This document shows, in pieces, positions 26,401 to 35,986 of a DNA stretch of 64,000 nucleotides; positions within the stretch are counted from its first letter, which is position 1, and each line of letters begins with the position of its first letter. This DNA is from Podospora anserina (Eukaryota), in NCBI GenBank assembly GCA_017654855.1, contig CM030332.1, forward strand, positions 5,022,001-5,086,000, given 5' to 3'. A model generated the notes under the pieces. It was not told where the DNA came from, made no database searches, and saw only the letters and a program-made list of their open reading frames with translations. A program made the translations under genes and the position numbers.

Positions 26401-28892
26401 ATACCTTACTGTATTACAGTGCTTTACCTTCCTTCGGCACTGCCGTTGTATCCTCCCGCTTCCGCTTCCGCACTGCTGTATTTTACAGCAACCCTGTATA
26501 GGTTCTATATTATAGGCCTATCAGGGCTTACCAGCTAACAGTTATATATTATATATTTACTTTAACTTTATTACGGATAAATTAAAAGTATTAAAATAAT
26601 ATTATAGCCGGAAACGTTAGTATTTAGGGAGGCTCCACCTAACTTATTATCGATTAGCTTCTCGCTTATATTTAAGAGCTTAAGAATAAATTATACCTTT
26701 CTTACGATACCTTTACGTAAAAGAACGTTATACTCTATTAAGAGATTGATATTTTATATAGGGAGGGAAAGTATATTAAGCTCGAGGTACCCGATCGCTA
26801 TAGAGGTATAAAAGGAGAGCTAAGAAGATTCTTAATTTAATTTAAAGTTTATTTTCGGTACTATCCTTTTTATTTTCCAGATAAGGAATCTAAAGTTATA
26901 TACGCTACGTTTAAACTTAAAGATATAATATTTATATAGTTCGAACCGATTTTAGGAGACTATTTTAATAATATGTATAACGAGAGGGAGGATATTACTA
27001 AAATATATTTTAAATTATATAAAGACTTTAAAAAGAAAATTAAGGAGGTATTTAAAGAGTATAACGAGGGTAAGCGTATTTAGGAACGACTAACTAACTT
27101 TAAGTAAATTCGATTTACTACCGATTACACTATAATATTTAGGACGGATATATTTTGTAGCGCGATTAACGATAAAAGATTAATATAAATATTTTATAAT
27201 GGGTTTAAGGAAAAAGTTAAAGATAAATTATATCGAATAGAACGACCGGAAACTATTAATAAATATATTATAATAGTAATTTATATTAACGATTAATAAT
27301 ATTAACGTTATAAAGAGCGTAAGGGTATATACGTATAAGGACCCTATTACTTTAATAATAAAAAAAAGAGACGGCCGTATAAAATTTATATTTTAGGGAC
27401 TATATATATAGGGTCTATAAAAATTAATATTATTTAATAATAAAGGTTATTAAATTAAAATAAAAATAATTTTAAATATTTTAATTATAGTAAGGTAAGA
27501 TATTTTAAGAGGGACTATAAAGTATTTAAGCGATTCAGATAGAAAAAAGAGATTATAATAATTATTATATTAAAGGAACCGAAAGTTATGGAGGTCGTAA
27601 TTATTAAATATTAGTAAAGTAAAGCGAAAAACCGTTATTAAATATATATACGAAAGAATATTAAGTACGTTAAAGATAAAAAATAAAAGGAAATTAAGTA
27701 AATATAATTAAAAAATTTTATATTATTAAATAACCCGAAGTAGGAGGACGTTTTTAAACGATATAATTATTTAAGAAACGATTTACGGCCTTTCGCGGGA
27801 ACCGTTAATCTTTAACGGACTACGAATAGTATTTTCGAAGGTATCGGTATAAAGCGAAGGTATAAAATAACGATCCGACGCTCGTTAGTAAGGTTATTAC
27901 TATATAAGGAGGAGGTAAGAGAGATAAATACTTTTAGGTTATAGCGTATTAAAAAGATATTTAAGTAGTAATATTAATAAATGGCGGTACGGAAACGAAT
28001 TTAATTTTATTATAGTTCGTATATTAAGCTCGTATACTATAAAAAAAAGAAGGAATAAATTATTATATAAAGATTATTTTTTACGTAAAAGGTTTATAGG
28101 GAAATACTACCTTTAGATATTATAGTCAAAGGAAAAATAATTTTAATTATATTTAATATTATAAATATAAAACCCTCGAAGGATATAATCTTAAAGTAAT
28201 TATAGTATAAAAATTATAATTTAAATATCGATTAAAGGGATAGTAATTACTTACGATTAAAAAAGTTTTAAAAGTATTTAGTTAACGATAGGAGATTAGG
28301 AGTACGTATAGAGTAAAGTATAAAATAAGTACCCTCTACGGTATTACTATAAGGAGCTTAAAAAATAATAGTATACTTTATCGATATAAGTAATAAGATC
28401 GAAGAAATAGGGTTAATAACGTTAGTAAAAATATCGGAGGTTAATAAATATATTTATTATAATAAGGTAGAGAAAAGTAAAAAAAAAGCGGTATTAATAA
28501 AATATCGAGGATATTTAGCTTTTATAGTTAAGTATTTAGAGGGACTTTTAAAGTAAGGACTGTAAGACTATAAAATTAAATTAAAAGAAGGAATTAAATT
28601 ATAATTATTTAAGGTTTATTATATTAACGATAAGTAAAGTAAAGAACTACGGAAATACTTAAATAAAAATCTAAAAAAAAGATATATTAAGGAATTTATA
28701 TTATTAATAGGATACCTTATATTTTTTATATTAAAGAAAGATAGTAATTTATAATTATATATAGATTACTGTTAATTAAATAACGAAATAATAAAAAATA
28801 ATTATTTATTATTATTAATATTTAAATTACGGAGTTAATTAGTTAAGGCGTAATACTTTATACACTTAAATATATTTATCGGGTATACTTAT

Positions 28893-29527
28893 TGTTAATG
28901 TGTGGGTACTACTAAGTGCCCTACTTACTGCCTTACAGATTGATATTACAGTGGGCAGTACTGCTATAAGCAGTAATGGAACTTCCCGGCTTGGATCCCT
29001 TTAGAATATTCTTTATAAGGGACCCTTAAAGGCTTACAGGGCTACTGTGGCCTAAAGCTTAGTCAACAGGATACTGGAACCTTCTAAAGTGGCTACAGGC
29101 TTACGTAGTAAGTCGCCACAATAGCATAATTTACAGGGCACCCTTACTACCGAAGGTTCGATGGATTTCCGTGAGTTTACACTAGACTCACCTAAGCCCA
29201 CTAAATACCTAAAATGGTATAGGGGCTTCCAGGGCCTACAGGATCCACAGTAGGCCTACGAAGGCCTATATATAAACCTCTCCTCTCTCCTGTAGAATAG
29301 TTATCTTCTTTCTTTCCTCAAGGGCAAAAGCTTAAGGCTAAAGCCAAAGGCCAAGGCCAAGGGTAATAAAGGCAATTCTTATTCTTTATACCTCACTGTA
29401 TTACAGTGCTTTACCTTCCTTCGGCACTGCCGTCGTATCCTCCCGCTTCCGCTTACGCACTGCTGTATTTTACAGCAACCCTATATAGGTTCTATATTAT
29501 AGGCCTATTAGGGCTTACCAGCTAACA
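28893..29527 (+). repeat. Solo LTR family B inserted in Gypsy A RT
   Basis: TGTTAATG...GCTAACA, 635 bp, with a perfect 5-bp TSD CTTAT. Confidence 0.95.
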
Positions 29528-30263
29528 CTTATATATAAATTAAGGAAGAAGATAAATAAAAAATAGTATTTCGTATACTTTATAGTTATTTTAAATATTT
29601 TATAATATTATTTAGACTAATTAATACGCTTATAATATTTTAATCTCTCGTTAATTATATAATCCGGAAATACCTTAATAAAATAATAATATATTATTTT
29701 AATAACGTTTTTATTTATTTATATACTTTAAAGAAATATAAGCGATACGTACGAAAAATATTCAACGCGCTATACGGAGTTAGATTTTTAATTACTAAAA
29801 ACAAATAAAAATTTTATATATAAAAAATAATATATTTAAAATATTTAATATCGCTAAGTAAAGTTCGTATAGAATTTAAGAAAATTATAGTAATTAAAGA
29901 TTAATTTACGCTATAATTATAAATATACGTTAAGGAATTTTTAAGGTTTATAAATTTTTATCGGATATTTATTTATAGGTACGTAGGAATTACGTAATTA
30001 TTTAATTACTTAATTAAGAAAAACGTAGAGTTCCGGTAGGGGTAAGAGGAAAAATAAGCCTTTTAGGAACTAAAAGAAGCTATTTTAAAGGATTTAGTAT
30101 TTAAATTATTAGACTTTAGTTGACTATTCGAGGTCGAGGTAAATATATTAAACTATACGATCGGTAAATAATTAGGATAGCGAGACGATAATAAAAAGTT
30201 ATACCTAATAGCCTTCTTTTCGAAGAAATTAAAGGAGGTACGTTAAAACTATTTAATCTACAA

Positions 30264-30622
30264 TAGTTTGGGGTGCGGCCACAGGCCTGAGAGTATGAGT
30301 AAGGAAGCGGGGCTCTTAGAGGACTCAGGGGTTCAGGGGTCATGTATATAAGCGGTCGGCTTCGGACATTCTATTTTAGACAGATTATCGACTTTTATTT
30401 CTTTATATTTTGTGCTCTGCACGCGTGCAGGCAATCCTGGCCCTCTGATCAGGCTAACCCGGTGCTTATTATGTGGCCTGCGAGCCCATAGTGTCTTTTA
30501 TCTGTCCTGAGTGAAGTGCGGCCTGCGAGCGAGTCACTGTCACGCAGGCGTGTCCATTCAGGGACCTGTTGAGAGTATATTTGTGGTGTTGTGGTTGGTT
30601 TGTGTGTTTTCTCACCATTTCA
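30264..30622 (+). repeat. Solo LTR family C inserted in Gypsy A RNase H
   Basis: Matches the element C LTRs; 4-bp TSD ACAA. Confidence 0.93.
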
Positions 30623-30969
30623 ACAATAAAAAGTTATTCGCTATTATCGAAGCGTTTAAAGAATAAAAATTATATTTTAATAGTATTAACTACGAAATAT
30701 AGGTTTATACGGATTATAAAAATCTATAATACTTTACTATTACGAAGGTCCTTAACGCGCGGTAAACGTAATAATTAAAGTTTTTTTTAGAATTTAATTT
30801 CTAAACTAATTATAAAAAGGGATCGGAGAACGCTAGGGTAGACGTATTTAACTAGCGAGCCGACTACTATAAAGATATACCTAGGGAGTTACTATTATTA
30901 TTTAAAAAAACGTTAAACGATACTTTTAAATATTTATTTTAATTATAAATAAAGTATTACGTAATATAT

Positions 30970-31601
30970 TATTAGCTAGTAAGCCCTAATAGGCCTATAA
31001 TATAGAACCTATACAGGGTTGCTGTAAAATACAGTAGTGCGTAAGCGGAAGCTGGAGGATACGACGGCAGTGCTGAAGGAAAGTAAAGCACTGTAATATA
31101 GTGAGGTATAAGGAATAAGAATTGCCTTTATTACCCTTGGCCTTAGCCTTTAGCCTTAGCTTTAAGCTTTTGCCCTTAAAGAAAGAAAAAAAACTATTCT
31201 ACAGGAGAGAGGAGAGGTCTATATATAGGCCTTCGTAAGCCTACTGTAGGTCCTGTAGGCCCTAGAAGCCCCTATACCACTTTGGGGTATTTAGTGGGCT
31301 TAGGTGGGTCTAGTATAGACTTACGGAAATCTATAGAACCTTCGGCAGCAGAGGTGCCCTATAAATCACACTATTGTAGCAACTTACTACGTAAGCCTGT
31401 AGCTACTTTAGAAGGTTCTAGTATCTATTGACTAAGCCTCAGGCTACAGTAGCCCTGTAAGCCTTTAAGGGTCCCTTGTAAAGAACATTCTAAAGGGATC
31501 CAAGCCGGGAAGTTCTATTACTGCTTATAGCAGTACTGCCCACTATAATATTAATCTATAGGGCAGTAAGTAGGGCACTTAGTAGTACCCAAACATTAAT
31601 A
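30970..31601 (-). repeat. Solo LTR family B, inverted
   Basis: Reverse complement of 28893-29527; 5-bp TSD TATAT. Confidence 0.93.
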
Positions 31602-32076
31602 TATATTATAAGTAAACTACTTTTAATAATAAATATTAAGGAAGGCTAAGTAACGATATTATTAAGTAATATTAATAGGAAGAATTAAAGTTATAAAGTA
31701 TTTAAAAAAATAATTAGGGAAAACTATAATATAAAAATCGAATATATATAATAATAAGTAATAGAATAATATTAGTAATAAAGATTTATAGATCGAAGCT
31801 CGGTAGATATATAAGTATTGTAAAGATTATAGAAAAAATTAAATAGTACTTTAATTAATTAAGGATTAAGGATAACGTTAAAGAAGCTATTTAATTATAC
31901 TATACGTATGAGAAAATAAAGATTATAAAGTATAAGCCTTACGGATTTCTAAAGCTACTATTAATAATAAAATAATTATAGAGTTTAATTATAATAAACT
32001 TTATTATTAAATTACTAAAGTTAAAAAATATAGTAACCGGCGTTAAATATAATAATATATTAACGGTAGTCGATAG

Positions 32077-32473
32077 TGTCACGGTTCTGGAAGACAGTGG
32101 GGCCACGACGGACCAATCAGGACTGGACCGCGCAATCGAGCGGGGCTCACGGTCCAGGTAGGCAAACGGACCAATCAGATGGGGACCGGGGACCGCGGCG
32201 GAGCTTACGGTCCACGGTCCAGTATCGGCTAATTAGGGGTGGACCGAGGACCGTCTGTAAGTCAACGGTCCACGGTCCCAAGGTCTATATATACGGAGGA
32301 ACTAGCTGGTGTAGATAGACAGTTCCGCAGTATGCAATTCAGCTTGTATTCACGGTATCTAGTGTTTACATTGAGACATCTTGTCGTGCACTGTTTAGCT
32401 GCACCGAACTAATTGTTAGAAGTTACCTTTAATCAGTATCCCTTTTAGAGGTTCTGTACAGGGGTTCGTCACA
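32077..32473 (+). repeat. Solo LTR family A variant, nearly free of RIP
   Basis: TGTCACGG...TTCGTCACA with a perfect 5-bp TSD GATAG. The 5' half has repeated ACGGTCC motifs. Confidence 0.95.
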
Positions 32474-33849
32474 GATAGGCTTACTAAATAAATATATTTT
32501 TTATTTTATAAAGAAATTTAATCGGTAAAGTAGTTAGCGGATATAATATTATAATATATTATATTAATATATATATAACTAAAAGAGTTTATTACGGACC
32601 GCGATATTAAATTTATATTGAAATTTTAAAAAACGTTAATAATAAAACTTAAGGTAATAAATAAAGCGTTATCGGCCTACTACCTTTAAATAAACGGTTA
32701 GACGGAACGGCTTACTTAAATTATAAAATAATATTTACGGAATTATATTAATTTTAAATAAAATAATTAAGTTAAATTATTATTTATAATATAATTAATA
32801 TATAATATATTATTAATTAAAACGATTAAAATTATATTATTCTTTATAAACTTTAAATATAAGGTAAACCTATAGTAAGGACTTAACGTTAAAGTATTTA
32901 AGGCTAAAATTAAAGTAAATAAATTATATATATTTTATAGTAAATTTAAGTAAAAATTAGAGTTTATAAAGGAAAGGATACGGAAATACTATAATATTAA
33001 CAAGCTCGAAGAACCTTACTTTAAAGGAGGAAATATAGTATTCCTTTTTATACGTAATTTACGTATTAAAAGACCTAATAAGAAGCTAGACTATAGGAAA
33101 GTAGGTTTATTTAAAGTTAAAAAAAATATCGGAAACGGTATTCGAATTAAAACTACTTAATACGATACGTTTAAAATTATATACTTTTTATATTTCACTT
33201 TTAGAATCTATATTACCGGTAAGTAAGGTTAATATATAGATAGTAGCGGAGGATAAAGAAAAGGAATATAATATAGAAGAAATATTAGATTTATAGTTTA
33301 ATAGAAATTAATTAAAATATTTAATTAATTAATTAGGATATCTAATTATAAATAATTTATAGGAATTAAAGGTATATTTTAATTACTTAAATAAATAAAA
33401 AAAATTTTATTAATAATACTTAAATTAATTAAAGCTTAAGTAAGTAAAAAATTAATATTTAAATTTACGAGTAATATTTATAAATTTAAATACCGAAAAA
33501 CTTTAGTAGGAATCAAATTTATACCTTCGACGTAATAATCGATGTACTATATATTATATTACGAGATTAATAAGTATAAAGAAATTTAAGCTTAATTAAT
33601 ACCGTATGCCTTTACCGTAATAAAAAAAAATTAAAAATATATTATTAACGAAAGAACTAAAAAGAACCGTACTTAAATTACAGAAAAGGATTTATAAACT
33701 TAAATATAAAAGAACCCTAATAGGAGTCGAACCTATATTTTCGACGTAATAACCGACGTACTATATATTATATTATAAAATTAAAAAGTATAAAGAGACC
33801 TAAATATAAATAGTACCGTATATTTTAATTACTTTAAAAAGTAAAAGGT

Positions 33850-34540
33850 ATATTATTAATAATATTTTACGGAGTTAAAAAAGAAGGACCGGCCGTATTA
33901 AGGTCTAAAGGAAGGTTGGAAGGCCAGTCAAAACCTAAGGAAAGATCTAAAAAAGAAAAGTCGAAAGGACTTAAGGAAGTAGGATTAAAAGAAAAAGCGT
34001 CGTTAAATAATAAAATAACCGGCGCGACTTACGTAACTTCCTTCTATTTAATACGTTCGGTAGTTTCTAACTTATTAAGAGAAGAGAGGCCGCGGGTAAC
34101 TATAACGGCTCTTTTATTTATAAGAAACTTACGTTAACGACGGACCCGCGATAAACGAACTAAAGCTTTAAAAGCTTTTTACTAATACTCGATTAAAAGA
34201 GTTTCGGTACGTTTCTTTTCTTTTTAAAGATAATATTACTCTCGCATAATTTTATTTCTTAAAAAAAGATTAGTAAAAAAAAAAGAGAGGTAACGGGAGA
34301 CTTACGTAATAAAATAGGGACACCGGTACTATTATATAAACGACTATAATATACGTAAGCCTTATAATACTTTACTTTATTTATTATATAGTAAAATAAT
34401 CTCTATAAATTATATTATAAGTAAAGTATAACGAGGAAACCGTTTTTAATAATATTTTAAGCGAGTTTAATATAATACTATATAAATAATAATAAAGGTT
34501 TTATTATAGATATAGCGTTAATTAGGCTATTAAAGAATAA
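33850..34540 (-). pseudogene. Antisense extra ORF of Gypsy A copy 2 (Zn2Cys6-like + coiled coil), RIP-inactivated
   Basis: De-RIP of 34429-34322 reads MPCSWCDSQGLSCRMMDGVKRCKACVRRGRSCDGTG. Downstream reads LVRLSRVRRQRKFL..KGAVMVTRGLSSLDELE. Boundaries approximate. Confidence 0.7.
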
Positions 34541-35006
34541 AAAGGAAGATTTATAAAGAAAAAAGAGGAAACGAAAAGAATATATATAGTCAATAAAACT
34601 AGGCTAACGGGACGTTAACCTAGAGGAGGGGCATTATATTACGGACCTAATATAAGTGGGGAGCGCGGGGCGCGACCGTCCAACTATTAGAACGGAAAAG
34701 TAGGGAAATCGGATTATTATTAGTATTAAAGGTAATAATTATAATTATTACTAGCCTTCGATAAACGATAAGTAATAATCGATATTATTATTAGTAATAA
34801 TAGTAATAAACCGGTCTATATATACGGAGGAACTAGCTAGTATAGATAAATAGTTCCGCAGTATATAATTCACAGCTTATATTTACGATATCTTATGTTT
34901 ACATTAAGACATCTTATTATACATTATTTAGCTGCACCGAACTAATTATTAGAAATTACTTTCAACTAGTATCCCTTTTAAAGGTTCTGTACAGGGGTTC
35001 GTTACA

Positions 35007-35161
35007 AATTCACAATTGTATTTACAGCATCTTGTATTTACATCGAGATATCTTATTATGCACTATTTAGCTGCACCGAACCAATTATCAGAAGTTACCT
35101 TTAACCAGTATCCCTTTCAAAGGTTCTATACAGGGGTTCGTCACAACAGGGGTTCGTCACA
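35007..35161 (+). repeat. 3' part of a further family A LTR, ending in a 16-bp tandem duplication
   Basis: Matches 34868-35006. ACAGGGGTTCGTCACA occurs at 35130-35145 and 35146-35161. Confidence 0.85.
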
Positions 35162-35217
35162 AATATATAAGGCTCAGATACACTGTAAAATCCATAAACA
35201 AAAGCTATATTTTTATA
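35162..35217 (-). repeat. 5' end of family D LTR, inverted
   Basis: 35162-35211 is 45/50 identical to the reverse complement of 9775-9824. Confidence 0.7.
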
Positions 35218-35986
35218 TATTATTTAAAATATATTCGAAGATATTTTATAATAATTTTTGTTATTTATTAGGTTTTTAATTATAACAGTATTTTAATACT
35301 TTTCATATATTAAAAAGTTTTTGAAAAGATATCAAGTTATGTTTTTTATTAAATATATATTTAAGAAAAAATATTATTGCGATTATTTTAGGAAGTTAGT
35401 AAAGTACATAGTTTATTTTATTAAATACTCGAAGGTATTATATTTAGTTTAATTATTTAGATTATCGAGTAGTAGTTTATTGATTCTAAAAAAATATTTA
35501 AATAATTATTAGACTTAGAGTTATATATAAAAATAAAGTAATTTAATAAAATATATAGGCTTAGTATTTCATGGTTATTTAACTTACTAATTAAATTAAA
35601 TAGTGTGTTTGAGGTTAGCCAACACTTTACAGATGTAAAAGTACAGCTAAGACTTAAAAAACTAGGGTTTTAGCGCGTTTTCCGAGATTTAAATGCCTTT
35701 ACTAGGGTAGGTTTGGAGGCGGGAAAAGTATTGCCTAGGGCGTGCGTAGTAGACGAGTACTAATTGTTAGTGAAGACCAGGTTTTATTGGGCCACAGCGA
35801 GTTTTGGCCTTTTGCCCAGTTAAAGGGATTGCTTGGCTTCGAGTCTCGATTTCCTGACAAATCATCAAGGTCCTCGCCATTCAACTTTGTACTTATGCTT
35901 TGAGCAGCAGACAACCAAACACCACCTTCATCTCAAGCAATTGGGATCTATCTCTCCATTCTGGAACTCAGTTCCACTTCAGCATC

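Larger units (their letters stand above)
20700..26540 (+). repeat. Solo LTR family B (20700-21196 + 26401-26540), split by element C
   Basis: The two halves join to match 28893-29527. TGTTAATG...GCTAACA ends; 5-bp TSD ATTAT/GTTAT (one RIP-type change). Confidence 0.9.
16271..26550 (+). mobile_element. Ty1/Copia retrotransposon, RIPed, truncated in RT, interrupted at 20700-26540; 5' LTR ~16271-16974 (possibly composite)
   Basis: The LTR end AATA(=AACA) is followed by AATTATAAACCC (=GGTTATGAGCCC-type PBS) at 16975. Motifs: H.RLGH ~18910, integrase ..PEQNG.AER ~19360, RT KFKARLVARGF.Q..GIDF.ETY ~20255-20325 and LLKKSLYGLKQ ~20550. IN precedes RT. Confidence 0.88.
26550..35006 (+). mobile_element. 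Ty3/Gypsy chromovirus (family A), RIPed, lacking 5' LTR, with four nested solo LTRs; 3' LTR 34637-35006
   Basis: Decayed gag ~26780-27300, RT YLDD ~29695, RNase H ADASDYAIG ~30135, integrase AYHPQTDGQTER ~32675 and chromodomain EYDVEEILD..YLV.W.GY....SWEP ~33260-33390. PPT GAGGAGGGG at ~34623. Confidence 0.92.
9400..35750. mobile_element. AT-rich RIP-mutated island of nested LTR retrotransposons (candidate centromere/heterochromatin)
   Basis: Abrupt AT enrichment, CpA/TpG depletion, TpA excess, retained CpG and no long ORFs. Decayed gag/PR/RT/RH/IN motifs are recognisable. Confidence 0.95.

Noticed and set aside
9775-35211. 50-bp inverted repeat read as Tc1/mariner TIRs of a 25-kb transposon
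   Set aside because: The same motif begins the LTR at 16271 and extends to a TG(T)-type start, so these are better explained as two inverted LTR 5' ends. No transposase remnant was seen.
16025-35279. Short ORFs listed inside the AT-rich island
   Set aside because: They are chance frames in LTRs or RIPed DNA and mostly start at non-ATG codons. None matches the reconstructed retroelement frames.
9346-35827. Starship or other giant cargo element
   Set aside because: No DUF3435 tyrosine recombinase, no cargo genes and no direct repeat are recognisable. The content is only retroelements.
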